A DNA stretch of 64,000 nt, from positions 254,572,001-254,636,000 of the forward strand of contig OZ024741.1 in the NCBI GenBank assembly GCA_964016885.1, written 5' to 3'. Origin of the DNA: Eledone cirrhosa (taxonomy: Eukaryota). Made by a program: the position numbers and the translations under genes. Positions 15,760-32,500 of this stretch are shown piece after piece. The notes beneath the pieces were generated by a model, which was not told the DNA's origin, did not search any database, and worked only from the letters and a program-made list of their open reading frames with translations. How positions within the stretch are numbered: position 1 is the stretch's first letter; the number at the start of each line of letters is the position of its first letter.

Positions 15760-18700
15760 AGCAACAACAACAACACCGGCACTGACACAGAAAACAGCAA
15801 CAACTACAACAACACTGGCACTGACAGAGAAAACAGCAACAACTACAACATCACTGGCAGTGACAGAGAAAACAGCAACAACAACAACAACACTGACACT
15901 GACACAGAAAACAGCAACAACTACAACACTGGCACTGACAGAGAAAACAGCAACAACTACAACAACACTGGCACTGACAGAGAAAACAGCAACAGCAACA
16001 ACACTGGCACTGACACAGAAAACAGCAACAACAGCAACAACAACACTGGCACTGACACAGAAAACCGCAACAACAGCAATAACAATGGCACTGACACAGA
16101 AAACAGCAACAACAACACTGGCACTGACAGAGAAAACAGCAACAACAACATTGGCACTGACAGAGAAAACAGCAACAACAACAACACTGGCACTGACACA
16201 GAAAACAGCAACAACAACAGTGGCACTGACACAGAAAACAGCAACAACTACAACAACACTGGCACTGACAGAGAAAACAGCAACAACAACAACACTGGCA
16301 CTGACACAGAAAACAGCAACAACTACAACAACACTGGCACTGACAGAGAAAACAGCAACAACTACAACAACACTGGCACTGACAGAGAAAACAGCAACAA
16401 CTACAACAACACTGGCACTGACACAGAAAACAGCAACAACTACAACAACACTGGCACTGACACAGAAAACAGCAACAACAACAACACTGGCACTGACAGA
16501 GAAAACAGCAACAACAACAACACTGGCACTGACACAGAAAACAGCAACAACAGCAACAACACTGGCACTGACACAGAAAACAGCAACAACTACAACAACA
16601 CTGGCACTGACAGAGAAAACAGCAACAACTACAACAACACTGGCACTGACAGAGAAAACAGCAACAACAACAACACTGGCACTGACACAGAAAACAGCAA
16701 CAACTACAACAACACTGGCACTGACAGAGAAAACAGCAACAACTACAACAACACTGGCACTGACACAGAAAACAGCAACAGCAACAACACTGGCACTGAC
16801 ACAGAAAACAGCAACAACAGCAACAACAACACTGGCACTGACAGAGAAAACAGCAACAACAACAACACTGGCACTGACAGAGAAAACAGCAACAACAACA
16901 CTTGCACTGACAGAGAAAACAGCAACAACAACAACACTGGCACTGACACAGAAAACAGCAACAACAACAGTGGCACTGACACAGAAAACAGCAACAACTA
17001 CAACAACACTGGCACTGACAGAGAAAACAGCAACAACAACAACACTGGCACTGATACAGAAAACAGAAACAACTACAACAACACTGGCACTGACAGAGAA
17101 AGCAGCAACAACTACAACAACACTGGCACTGACAGAGAAAACAGCAACAACAAAAACACTGGCACTGACAGAGAAAACAGCAACAACAGCAACAACACTG
17201 GCACTGACACAGAAAACCGCAACAACAGCAATAACAATGGCACTGACACAGAAAACAGCAACAACAACACTGGCACTGACAGAGAAAACAGCAACAACAA
17301 CATTGGCACTGACAGAGAAAACAGCAACAACAACAACACTGGCACTGACACAGAAAACAGCAACAACAACAGTGGCACTGACACAGAAAACAGCAACAAC
17401 TACAACAACACTGGCACTGACAGAGAAAACAGCAACAACAACAACACTGGCACTGACACAGAAAACAGCAACAACTACAACAACACTGGCACTGACAGAG
17501 AAAACAGCAACAACTACAACAACACTGGCACTGACAGAGAAAACAGCAACAACTACAACAACACTGGCACTGACACAGAAAACAGCAACAACTACAACAA
17601 CACTGGCACTGACACAGAAAACAGCAACAACAACAACACTGGCACTGACAGAGAAAACAGCAACAACAACAACACTGGCACTGACACAGAAAACAGCAAC
17701 AACAGCAACAACACTGGCACTGACACAGAAAACAGCAACAACTACAACAACACTGGCACTGACAGAGAAAACAGCAACAACTACAACAACACTGGCACTG
17801 ACAGAGAAAACAGCAACAACAACAACACTGGCACTGACACAGAAAACAGCAACAACTACAACAACACTGGCACTGACAGAGAAAACAGCAACAACTACAA
17901 CAACACTGGCACTGACACAGAAAACATCAACAGCAACAACACTGGCACTGACACAGAAAACAGCAACAACAGCAACAACAACACTGGCACTGACAGAGAA
18001 AACAGCAACAACAACAACACTGGCACTGACAGAGAAAACAGCAACAACAACACTGGCACTGACAGAGAAAACAGCAACAACAACAACACTGGCACTGACA
18101 CAGAAAACAGCAACAACAACAGTGGCACTGACACAGAAAACAGCAACAACTACAACAACACTGGCACTGACAGAGAAAACAGCAACAACAACAACACTGG
18201 CACTGATACAGAAAACAGAAACAACTACAACAACACTGGCACTGACAGAGAAAGCAGCAACAACTACAACAACACTGGCACTGACAGAGAAAACAGCAAC
18301 AACAACAACACTGGCACTGACAGAGAAAACAGCAACAACAGCAACAACACTGGCACTGACACAGAAAACAGCAACAACAGCAACAACCGTGGCACTGACA
18401 CAGAAAACAGCAACAACAGCAACAATAACACTGGCACTGGCACAGAAAACAGCAACAGCAACACTGGAACTGACACAGAAAACAGCAACAGTAACAACAA
18501 CAACACTGGCACTGACACAGAAAACAGCAACAACAACAACACTGGCACTGACAGTGAAAATAGCAACAGCAACAACACTGGCACTGACAGAGAAAACAGC
18601 AACAACAACAACACCGGCACTGACACAGAAAACAGCAACAACTACAACAACACTGGCACTGACAGAGAAAACAGCAACAACTACAACATCACTGGCACTG

Positions 18701-21300
18701 ACAGAGAAAACAGCAACAACAACAACAACACTGACACTGACACAGAAAACAGCAACAACTACAACACTGGCACTGACAGAGAAAACAGCAACAACTACAA
18801 CAACACTGGCACTGACAGAGAAAACAGCAACAGCAACAACACTGGCACTGACACAGAAAACAGCAACAACAGCAACAACAACACTGGCACTGACACAGAA
18901 AACCGCAACAACAGCAATAACAATGGCACTGACACAGAAAACAGCAACAACAACACTGGCACTGACAGAGAAAACAGCAACAACAACATTGGCACTGACA
19001 GAGAAAACAGCAACAACAACACTGGCACTGACACAGAAAACAGCAACAACAACAGTGGCACTGACACAGAAAACAGCAACAACTACAACAACACTGGCAC
19101 TGACAGAGAAAACAGCAACAACAACAACACTGGCACTGACACAGAAAACAGCAACAACTACAACAACACTGGCACTGACAGAGAAAACAGCAACAACTAC
19201 AACAACACTGGCACTGAAAGAGAAAACAGCAACAACTACAACAACACTGGCACTGACACAGAAAACAGCAACAACTACAACAACACTGGCACTGACACAG
19301 AAAACAGCAACAACAACAACACTGGCACTGACAGAGAAAACAGCATCAACAACAACACTGGCACTGACACAGAAAACAGCAACAACAGCAACAACACTGG
19401 CACTGACACAGAAAACAGCAACAACTACAACAACACTGGCACTGACAGAGAAAACAGCAACAACTACAACAACACTGGCACTGACACAGAAAACAGCAAC
19501 AACTACAACAACACTGGCACTGACAGAGAAAACAGCAACAACTACAACAACACTGGCACTGACACAGAAAACAGCAACAGCAACAACACTGACACTGACA
19601 CAGAAAACAGCAACAACAGCAACAACAACACTGGCACTGACAGAGAAAACAGCAACAACAACAACACTGGCACTGACAGAGAAAACAGCAACAACAACAC
19701 TGGCACTGACAGAGAAAACAGCAACAACAACAACACTGGCACTGACACAGAAAACAGCAACAACAACAGTGGCACTGACACAGAAAACAGCAACAACTAC
19801 AACAACACTGGCACTGACAGAGAAAACAGCAACAACAACAACACTGGCACTGACAGAGAAAACAGCAACAACAGCAACAACACTGGCACTGACACAGAAA
19901 ACCGCAACAACAGCAATAAAAATGGCACTGACACAGAAAACAGTAACAACAACACTGGCACTGACAGAGAAAACAGCAACAACAACATTGGCACTGACAG
20001 AGAAAACAGCAACAACAACAACACTGGCACTGACACAGAAAACAGCAACAACAACAGTGGCACTGACACAGAAAACAGCAACAACTACAACAACACTGGC
20101 ACTGACAGAGAAAACAGCAACAACAACAACACTGGCACTGACACAGAAAACAGCAACAACTACAACAACACTGGCACTGACAGAGAAAACCGCAACAACT
20201 ACAACAACACTGGCACTGACAGAGAAAACAGCAACAACTACAACAACACTGGCACTGACACAGAAAACAGCAACAACTACAACAACACTGGCACTGACAC
20301 AGAAAACAGCAACAACACCAACACTGGCACTGACAGAGAAAACAGCAACAACAACAACACTGGCACTGACACAGAAAACAGCAACAACAGCAACAACACT
20401 GGCACTGACACAGAAAACAGCAACAACTACAACAACACTGGCACTGACAGAGAAAACAGCAACAACTACAACAACACTGGCACTGACAGAGAAAACAGCA
20501 ACAACAACAACACTGGCACTGACACAGAAAACAGCAACAACTACAACAACACTGGCACTGACAGAGAAAACAGCAACAACTACAACAACACTGGCACTGA
20601 CACAGAAAACAGCAACAGCAACAACACTGGCACTGACACAGAAAACAGCAACAACAGCAACAACAACACTGGCACTTACAGAGAAAACAGCAACAACAAC
20701 AACACTGGCACTGACAGAGAAAACAGCAACAACAACACTGGCACTGACAGAGAAAACAGCAACAACAACAACACTGGCAGTGACACAGAAAACAGCAACA
20801 ACAACAGTGGCACTGACACAGAAAACAGCAACAACTACAACAACACTGGCACTGACAGAGAAAACAGCAACAACAACAACACTGGCACTGATACAGAAAA
20901 CAGAAACAACTACAACAACACTGGCACTGACAGAGAAAGCAGCAACAACTACAACAACACTGGCACTGACAGAGAAAACAGCAACAACAACAACACTGGC
21001 ACTGACAGAGAAAACAGCAACAACAGCAACAACACTGGCACTGACACAGAAAACAGCAACAACAGCAACAACCGTGGCACTGACACAGAAAACAGCAACA
21101 ACAGCAACAATAACACTGGCACTGGCACAGAAAACAGCAACAGCAACACTGGAACTGACACAGAAAACAGCAACAGTAACAACAACAACACTGGCACTGA
21201 CACAGAAAACAGCAACAACAACAACACTGGCACTGACAGTGAAAATAGCAACAGCAACAACACTGGCACTGACAGTGAAAATAGCAACGGCAACAACACT
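15760..21300 (+). repeat. Higher-order duplication, period ~2.7-2.84 kb, containing a nested 1,152-bp duplication
   Basis: TCA variant at 15851/18689 (offset 2838); CTGATACAGAAAACAGAAAC marker at 17051, 18203 (offset 1152) and 20888 (offset 2685); ORF pairs 16743/17895, 17112/19797 and 18264/20949. Confidence 0.88.
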
Positions 21301-21959
21301 GGCACTGACAGAGAAAACAGCAACAACAACAACACTGGCACTGACACAGAAAACAGCAACAACAACACTGGCACTGACAGAGAAAACAGCAACAACTACA
21401 ACACTGGCACTGACAGAGAAAGCAGCAGCAACAACAACAACACTGGCACTGACAGAGAAAACAGCAACAACTACAACAACACTGGCACTGACACAGAAAA
21501 CAACAACAACTACAACAACACTGGCACTGACAGAGAAAACAGCAACAACTACAACAACACTGGCACTGACAGAGAAAACAGCAACAACAGCAACAACACT
21601 GGCACTGACACAGAAAACAGCAACAACTACAACAACACTGGCACTGGCAGAGAAAACAGCAACAACTACAACAACACTGGCACTGACAGAGAAAACAGCA
21701 ACAACTACAACAACACTGGCACTGACACAGAAAACAGCAACAACTACAACAACACTGGCACTGACACAGAAAACAGCAACAACTTCAACAACACTGGCAC
21801 TGACAGAGAAAACAGCAACAACAACACTGGCACTGACACAGAAAACAGCAACAACTAAAACAACGCTGGCACTGACAGAGAAAACAGCAACAACTACAAC
21901 AACACTGGCACTGACAGAGAAAACAGCAACAACAACAACAACACTGGCACTGACACAGA

Positions 21960-24900
21960 AAACAGCAACAACAACAACACTGGCACTGACACAGAAAACA
22001 GCAACAACAACAACAACACTGGCACTGACACAGAAAACAGCAACAACAACAACACTGGCACTGACAGTGAAAATAGCAACAACAACAACACTGGCACTGA
22101 CAGAGAAAACAGCAACAACAACAACACTGGCACTGACACAGAAAACAGCAACAACAACAACACTGGCACTGACACAGAAAACAGCAACAACTACAACAAC
22201 ACTGGCACTGACAGAGAAAACAGCAACAACTACAACACTGGCACTGACAGAGAAAACAGCAACAACAACAACACTGGTACTGACAGAGAAAACAGCAACA
22301 ACTACAACAACACTGGCACTGACACAGAAAACAGCAACAACAACACTGGCACTGACACAGAAAACAGCAACAGCAACAACAACAACAACACTGGCACTGA
22401 CAGAGAAAACAGCAACAACTACAACACTGGCACTGACAGAGAAAACACAACAACAACAACAACACTGGCACTGACAGAGAAAACAGCATCAACTACAACA
22501 ACACTGGCACTGACACAGAAATCAGCAACAACTACAACAAAACTGGCACTGACAGAGAAAACAGCAACAACTACAACAACACTGGCACTGACAGAGAAAA
22601 CAGCAACAACAACAACAACACTGGCACTGACACAGAAAACAGAAACAACTACAACAACACTGGTACTGACAGAGAAAACAGCAACAACAACAACACTGGC
22701 ACTGACACAGAAAACAGCAACAACTACAACAACACTGGCACTGACAGAGAAAACAGCAACAACTACAACAACACTGGCACTCACAGAGAAAACAGCAACA
22801 ACTACAACAACACTGGTACTGACACAGAAAACAGCAACAACTACAACAACACTGGCACTGACACAGAAAACAGCAACAACTAGAACAACACTGGCACTGA
22901 CAGAGAAAACAGCAACAACTACAACAACACTGGCACTGACAAAGAAAACAGCAACAACAACAACACTGGCACTGACACAGAAAACAGCAACAACTAGAAC
23001 AACACTGGCACTGACAGAGAAAACAGCAACAACTACAACAACACTGGCACTGACAAAGAAAACAGCAACAACAACAACACTGGCACTGACACAGAAAACA
23101 GCAACAACTACAACAACACTGGCACTGACAGAGAAAACGGCAACAACTACAACAACACTGGCACTGACAGAGAAAACAGCAACAGCAACAACACTGGCAC
23201 TGACACAGAAAACAGCAACAATAGCAACAACAACACTGGTACTGACACAGAAAACAGCAACAACAGCAACAACAACACTGGCACTGACACAGAAAACAGC
23301 AACAACAACAACATTGGCACTGACAGAGAAAACAGCAACAACAACACTGGCACTGACAGAGAAAACAGCAACAACAACAACACTGGCACTGACACAGAAA
23401 ACAGCAACAACAACAGTGGCACTGACACAGAAAACGGCAACAACTACAACAACACTGGCACTGACAGAGAAAACAGCAACAACAACAACACTGGCACTGA
23501 TACAGAAAACAGAAACAACTACAACAACACTGGCACTGACAGAGAAAGCAGCAACAACTACAACAACACTGGCACTGACAGAGAAAACAGCAACAGCAAC
23601 AACACTGGCACTGACACAGAAAACAGCAACAACTACAACAACACTGGCACTGACACAGAAAACAGCAACAACAACAACACTGGCACTGACAGAGAAAACA
23701 GCAACAACAACAACACTGGCACTGACAGAGAAAACAGCAACAACAACAACACCGGCACTGACACAGAAAACAGCAACAACAACACTGTCACTGACACAGA
23801 AAACAGCAACAACTACAACAACACTGGCACTGACAGAGAAAACAGCAACAACTACAACAACACTGGCACTGACACAGAAAACAGCAACAACTACAACAAC
23901 ACTGGCACTGACAGAGAAAACAGCAACAACAACAACACTGGCACTGACATAGAAAACAGCAACAACTACAACAACACTGGCACTGACAGAGAAAACAGCA
24001 ACAACTACAACAACACTGGCACTCACAGAGAAAACAGCAACAACTACAACAACACTGGCACTGACAGAGAAAACAGCAACAACTACAACAACACTGGCAC
24101 TGACACAGAAAACAGCAACAACTACAACAACACTGGCACTGACACAGAAAACAGCAACAACAACAACAACACTGGCACTGACACAGAAAACAGCAACAAC
24201 AACAACACTGGCACTGACAGTGAAAATAGCAACAACAACAACACTGGCACTGACAGAGAAAACAGCAACAACAACAACACTGGCACTGACACAGAAAACA
24301 GCAACAACAACAACACTGGCACTGACACAGAAAACAGCAACAACTACAACAACTCTGGCACTGACAGAGAAAACAGCAACAACTACAACACTGGCACTGA
24401 CAGAGAAAACAGCAACAACAACAACACTGGTACTGACAGAGAAAACAGCAACAACTACAACAACACTGGCACTGACACAGAAAACAGCAACAACAACACT
24501 GGCACTGACACAGAAAACAGCAACAGCAACAACAACAACAACACTGGCACTGACAGAGAAAACAGCAACAACTACAACACTGGCACTGACAGAGAAAACA
24601 CAACAACAACAACAACACTGGCACTGACAGAGAAAACAGCATCAACTACAACAACACTGGCACTGACACAGAAATCAGCAACAACTACAACAAAACTGGC
24701 ACTGACAGAGAAAACAGCAACAACTACAACAACACTGGCACTGACAGAGAAAACAACAACAACAACAACAACACTGGCACTGACAGAGAAAACAGCAACA
24801 ACTACAACAACACTGGCACTGACACAGAAAACAGCAACAACTACAACAACACTGGTACTGACAGAGAAAACAGCAACAACAACAACACTGGCACTGACAC

Positions 24901-25550
24901 AGAAAACAGCAACAACTACAACAACACTGGCACTGACAGAGAAAACAGCAACAACTACAACAACACTGGCACTCACAGAGAAAACAGCAACAACTACAAC
25001 AACACTGGTACTGACACAGAAAACAGCAACAACTACGACAACACTGGCACTGACACAGAAAACAGCAACAACTAGAACAACACTGGCACTGACAGAGAAA
25101 ACAGCAACAACTACAACAACACTGGCACTGACAAAGAAAACAGCAACAACAACAACACTGGCACTGACACAGAAAACAGCAACAACTACAACAACACTGG
25201 CACTGACAGAGAAAACAGCAACAGCAACAACACTGGCACTGACACAGAAAACAGCAACAATAGCAACAACAACACTGGCACTGACACAGAAAACAGCAAC
25301 AACAGCAACAACAACACTGGCACTGACACAGAAAACAGCAACAACAACAACATTGGCACTGACAGAGAAAACAGCAACAACAACACTGGCACTGACAGAG
25401 AAAACAGCAACAACAACAACACTGGCACTGACACAGAAAACAGCAACAACAACAGTGGCACTGACACAGAAAACGGCAACAACTACAACAACACTGGCAC
25501 TGACAGAGAAAACAGCAACAACAACAACACTGGCACTGATACAGAAAACA
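21960..25550 (+). repeat. Higher-order duplication, period ~2.04-2.19 kb
   Basis: G-deletion monomer at 22448/24601, each followed by GCATCAACT and AAATCAGCA variants (offset 2153); ACTAGAACA variant at ~22880/~25072; ORF pairs 23147/25186 and 23314/25353 (offset 2039). Confidence 0.88.
22852..23080 (+). repeat. Local 114-bp (3-monomer) tandem duplication
   Basis: The ACTAGAACA and GACAAAGAAA variants each occur twice, 114 bp apart (~22880/~22994 and ~22938/~23052). The sister block near 25.07-25.14 kb has them only once. Confidence 0.85.
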
Positions 25551-28500
25551 GCAACAACAACAACACTGGCACTGACAGAGAAAACAGCAACAACTACAAC
25601 AACACTGGCACTGACAGAGAAAACAGCAACAACTACAACAACACTGGCACTCACAGAGAAAACAGCAACAACTACAACAACACTGGCACTGACACAGAAA
25701 ACAGCAACAACTACAACAACACTGGCACTGACACAGAAAACAGCAACAACTACAACAACACTGGCACTGACACAGAAAACAGCAACAACAACAACACTGG
25801 CACTGACACAGAAAACAGCAACAACAACAACACTGGCACTGACAGAGAAAACAGCAGCAACAACAACACTGGCACTGACAGAGAAAACAGCAACAACAAC
25901 AACACCGGCACTGACACAGAAAACAGCAACAACTACAACAACACTGGCACTGACAGAGAAAACAGCAACAACTACAACAACACTGGCACTGACAGAGAAA
26001 ACAGCAACAACAACAACACTGGCACTGACACAGAAAACAGCAACAACTACAACACTGGCACTGACAGAGAAAACAGCAACAACTACAACAACACTGGCAC
26101 TGACAGAGGAAACAGCAACAGCAACAACACTGGCACTGACACAGAAAACAGCAACAACAGCAACAACAACACTGGCACTGACACAGAAAACAGCAACAAC
26201 AGCAATAACAATGGCACTGACACAGAAAACAGCAACAACAACACTGGCACTGACAGAGAAAACAGCAACAACAACACTGGCACTGACAGAGAAAACAGCA
26301 ACAACAACAACACTGGCACTGACACAGAAAACAGCAACAACAACAGTGGCACTGACACAGAAAACAGCAACAACTACAACAACACTGGCACTGACAGAGA
26401 AAACAGCAACAACAACAACACTGGCACTGACACAGAAAACAGCAACAACTACAACAACACTGGCACTGACAGAGAAAACAGCAACAACTACAACAACACT
26501 GGCACTGACAGAGAAAACAGCAACAACTACAACAACACTGGCACTGACACAGAAAACAGCAACAACTACAACAACACTGGCACTGGCAGAGAAAACATCA
26601 ACAACTACAACAACACTGGCACTGACAGAGAAAACACCAACAACTACAACAACACTGGCACTGACACAGAAAACAGCAACAACTACAACAACACTGGCAC
26701 TGACACAGAAAACAGCAACAACTTCAACAACACTGGCACTGACAGAGAAAACAGCAACAACAACAACACTGGCACTGACACAGAAAACAGCAACAACTAC
26801 TACAACACTGGCACTGACAGAGAAAACAGCAACAACTACAACAACACTGGCACTGACAGAGAAAACAGCAACAACTACAACAACACTGGCACTGACACAG
26901 AAAACAGCAACAACTACAACAACACTGGCACTGACACAGAAAACAGCAACAACAACAACAACACTGGCACTGACACAGAAAACAGCAACAACAACAACAC
27001 TGGCACTGACAGTGAAAATAGCAACAACAACAACACTGGCACTGACAGAGAAAACAGCAACAACAACAACACTGGCACTGGCACAAAAAACAGCAACAAC
27101 AACAACACTGGCACTGACACAGAAAACAGCAACAACTACAACAACACTGGCACTGACAGAGAAAACAGCAACAACTACAACACTGGCACTGACACAGAAA
27201 ACAGCAACAACTACAACAAAACTGGCACTGACAGAGAAAACAGCAACAACTACAACAACACTGGCACTGACAGAGAAAACAGCAACAACAACAACACTGG
27301 CACTGACAGAGAAAACAGCAACAACTACAACAACACTGGCACTGACACAGAAAACAGCAACAACTACAACAACACTGGCACTGACAGAGAAAACAGCAAC
27401 AACAACAACACTGGCACTGACACAGAAAACAGCAACAACTACAACAACACTGGCACTGACAGAGAAAACAGCAACAACTACAACAACACTGGCACTCACA
27501 GAAAAACAGCAACAACTACAACAACACTGGCACTGACACAGAAAACAGCAACAACTACAACAACACTGGCACTGACACAGAAAACAGCAACAACTACAAC
27601 AACACTGGCACTGACACAGAAAACAGCAACAACAACAACACTGGCACTGACACAGAAAACAGCAACAACAACAACACTGGCACTGACAGAGAAAACAGCA
27701 ACAACAACAACACTGGCACTGACAGAGAAAACAGCAACAACAACAACACCGGCACTGACACAGAAAACAGCAACAACTACAACAACACTGGCACTGACAG
27801 AGAAAACAGCAACAACTACAACACTGGCACTGACACAGAAAACAGCAACAACTACAACACTGGCATTGACAGAGAAAACAGCAACAACTACAACAACACT
27901 GGCACTGACAGAGAAAACAGCAACAACAACAACACTGGCACTGACAGAGAAAACAGCAACAACAACACTGGCGCTGACAGAGAAAACAGCAACAACAACA
28001 ACACTGGCACTGACACAGAAAACAGCAACAACAACAGTGGCACTGACACAGAAAACAGCAACAACTACAACAACACTGGCACTGACACAGAAAACAGCAA
28101 CAACAGCAACAACAACACTGGCACTGACACAGAAAACAGCAACAACAGCAATAACAATGGCACTGACACAGAAAACAGCAACAACAACAACACTGGCACT
28201 GACAGAGAAAACAGCAACAACAACACTGGCGCTGACAGAGAAAACAGCAACAACAACAACACTGGCACTGACACAGAAAACAGCAACAACAACAGTGGCA
28301 CTGACACAGAAAGCAGCAACAACTACAACAACACTGGCACTGACACAGAAAACAGCAACAACAACAACACTGGCACTGACAGAGAAAACAGCAACAACAA
28401 CAACACTGGCACAGACACAGAAAACAGCAACAACAGCAACAACACTGGCACTGACACAGAAAACAGCAACAACTACAACAACACTGGCACTGACAGAGAA

Positions 28501-29529
28501 AACAGCAACAACTACAACAACACAGGCACTGACAGAGAAAACAGCAACAACAACAACACTGGCACTGACACAGAAAACAGCAACAACTACAACAACACTG
28601 GCACTGACAGAGAAAACAGCAACAACTACAACAACACTGGCACTGACAGAGAAAACTGCAACAGCAACAACACTGGCACTGACACAGAAAACAGCAACAA
28701 CAGCAACAACAACACTGGCACTGACACAGAAAACAGCAACAGCAACAACAACACTGGCACTGACACAGAAAACAGCAACAACAACACTGGCACTGACAGA
28801 GAAAACAGCAACAACAACACTGGCACTGACAGAGAAAACAGCAACAACAACAACACTGGCACTGACACAGAAAACAGCAACAACAACAGTTGCACTGACA
28901 CAGAAAACAGCAAAAAACTACAACAACACTGGCACTGACACAGAAAACAGCAACAACTACAACAACACTGGCACTGACAGAGAAAACAGCAACAACAACA
29001 ACACTGGCACTGACACAGAAAACACCAACAACTACAACAACACTGGCACTGACAGAGAAAACAGCAACAACTACAACAACACTGGCACTGACACAGAAAA
29101 CAGCAACAACTACAACAACACTGGCACTGACACAGAAAACAGCAACAACTACAACAACACTGGCACTGACACAGAAAACAGCAACAACTACAACAACACT
29201 GGCACTGACACAGAAAACAGCAACAACAACAACACTGGCACTGACACAGAAAACAGCAACAACAACACTGGCACTGACAGAGAAAACAGCAACAACAACA
29301 ACACTGGCACTGACAGAGAAAACAGCAACAACAACAACACCGGAACTGACACAGAAAACAGCAACAACTACAACAACACTGGCACTGACAGAGAAAACAG
29401 CAACAACTACAACAACACTGGCACTGACAGAGAAAACAGCAACAACAACAACACTGGCACTGACACAGAAAACACCAACAACTACAACACTGGCACTGAC
29501 AGAGAAAACAGCAACAACTACAACAACAC

Positions 29530-32500
29530 TGGGACTGACAGAGAAAACAGCAACAGCAACAACACTGGCACTGACACAGAAAACAGCAACAACAGCAACA
29601 ACAACACTGGCACTGACACAGAAAACAGCAACAACAGCAATAACAATGGCACTGACACAGAAAACAGCAACAACAACACTGACACTGACAGAGAAAACAG
29701 CAACAACAACACTGGCACTGACAGAGAAAACAGCACCAACAACAACACTGGCACTGACACAGAAAACAGCAACAACAACAGTGGCACTGACACAGAAAAC
29801 AGCAACAACTACAACAACACTGGCACTGACAGAGAAAACAGCAACAACAACAACACTGGCACTGACACAGAAAACAGCAACAACTACAACAACACTGGCA
29901 CTGACAGAGAAAACAGCAACAACTACAACAACACTGGCACTGACAGAGAAAACAGCAACAACTACAACAACACTGGCACTGACACAGAAAACAGCAACAA
30001 CTACAACAACACTGGCACTGACACAGAAAACAGCAACAACAACAACACTGGCACTGACACAGAAAACAGCAACAACAACAACACTGGCACTGACAGTGAA
30101 AATAGCAACAACAACAACACTGGCACTGACAGAGAAAACAGCAACAACAACAACACTGGCACTGACACAAAAAACAGCAACAACAACAACACTGGCACTG
30201 ACACAGAAAACAGCAACAACTACAACAACACTGGCACTGACAGAGAAAACAGCAACAACTACAACACTGGCACTGACAGAGAAAACAGCAACAACAACAA
30301 CACTGGCACTGACAGAGAAAACAGCAACAACAACAACACCGACACTGACACAGAAAACAGCAACAACTACAACAACACTGGCACGGAAAACAGCAACAAC
30401 AGCAACAACAACTCTGGCACTGACACAGAAAACAGCAACAACAGCAACAACACTGGCACTGACACAGAAAACAGCAACAACAGCAACAACCGTGGCACTG
30501 ACACAGAAAACAGCAACAACAGCAACAATAACACTGGCACTGGCACAGAAAACAGCAACAGCAACACTGGAACTGACACAGAAAACAGCAACAGTAACAA
30601 CAACAACTCTGGCACTGACACAGAAAACAGCAACAACAACAACACTGGCACTGACAGTGAAAATAGCAACAGCAACAACACTGGCACTGACAGTGAAAAT
30701 AGCAACAGCAACAGCACTGAAAACAGCAACAACAGCAATAACAATGGCACTGACACAGAAAACAGCAACAACAACACTGACACTGACAGAGAAAACAGCA
30801 ACAACAACAACACTGGCACTGACACAGAAAACAGCAACAACAACAGTGGCACTGACAGAGAAAACAGCAACAACAACAACACTGACACTGACACAGAAAA
30901 CAGCAACAACTACAACAACACTGGCACTGACAGAGAAAACAGCAACAACTACAACAACACTGGCACTGACAGAGAAAACAGCAACAACAACAACACTGAC
31001 ACTGACACAGAAAACAGCAACAACTACAACAACACTGGCACTGACAGAGAAAACAGCAACAACTACAACAACACTGGCACTGACAGAGAAAACAGCAACA
31101 ACTACAACAATACTGGCACTGACACAGAAAACAGCAACAACTACAACAACACTGGCACTGGCAGAGAAAACATCAACAACTACAACAACACTGGCACTGA
31201 CAGAGAAAACAGCAACAACTACAACAACACTGGCACTGACACAGAAAACAGCAACAACTACAACAACACTGGCACTGACAGAGAAAACAGCAACAACTAC
31301 AACACTGGCACTGACAGAGAAAACAGCAACAACAACAACACTGGCACTGACAGAGAAAACAGCAACAACAACAACACCGGCACTGACACAGAAAACAGCA
31401 ACAACTACAACAACACTGGCACGGAAAACAGCAACAACAGCAACAACAACTCTGGCACTGACACAGAAAACAGCAACAACAGCAACAACACTGGCACTGA
31501 CACAGAAAACAGCAACAACCGTGGCACTGACACAGAAAACAGCAACAGTAACAACAACAACTCTGGCACTGACACAGAAAACAGCAACAACAACAACACT
31601 GGCACTGACAGTGAAAATAGCAACAGCAACAACACTGGCACTGACAGTGAAAATAGCAACAGCAACAGCACTGGCACTGACAGAGAAAACAGCAACAACA
31701 ACAACACTGGCACTGACACAGAAAACAGCAACAACAACAACACTGGCACTGACAGAGAAAACAGCAACAACTACAACACTGGCACTGACAGAGAAAGCAG
31801 CAACAACAACAACAACACTGGCACTGACAGAGAAAACAACAACAACTACAACAACACTGGCACTGACACAGAAAACAACAACAACTACAACAACACTGGC
31901 ACTGACAGAGAAAACAGCAACAACTACAACAACACTGGCACTGACAGAGAAAACAGCAACAACAGCAACAACACTGCCACTGACACAGAAAACAGCAACA
32001 ACTACAACAACACTGGCACTGGCAGAGAAAACAGCAACAACTACAACAACACTGGCACTGACACAGAAAACAGCAACAACTACAACAACACTGGCACTGA
32101 CACAGAAAACAGCAACAACTTCAACAACACTGGAACTGACAGAGAAAACAGCAACAACAACAACACTGGCACTGACACAGAAAATAGCAACAACTACAAC
32201 AACACTGGCACTGACAGAGAAAACAGCAACAACTACAACAACACTGGCACTGACAGAGAAAACAGCAACAACTACAACAACATTGGCACTGACACAGAAA
32301 ACAGCAACAACTACAACAACACTGGCACTGACACAGAAAACAGCAACAACAACAACAACACTGGCACTGACACAGAAAACAGCAACAACAACAACACTGG
32401 CACTGACAGTGAAAATAGCAACAACAACAACATTGGCACTGACAGAGAAAACAGCAACAACAACAACACTGGCACTGACACAGAAAACAGCAACAACAAC

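Noticed and set aside
513-22474. Giant Thr-rich ORFs (513-5888, 5988-9041, 9032-11809, 12492-15152, 15860-22474 and similar ones downstream) as mucin or adhesin genes
   Set aside because: They have no signal peptide, anchor or non-repeat domain and almost no Pro/Ser. Their starts are incidental GTG/ATG variants, and their ends are duplicated stops or frameshifts. Openness follows from the monomer sequence alone.
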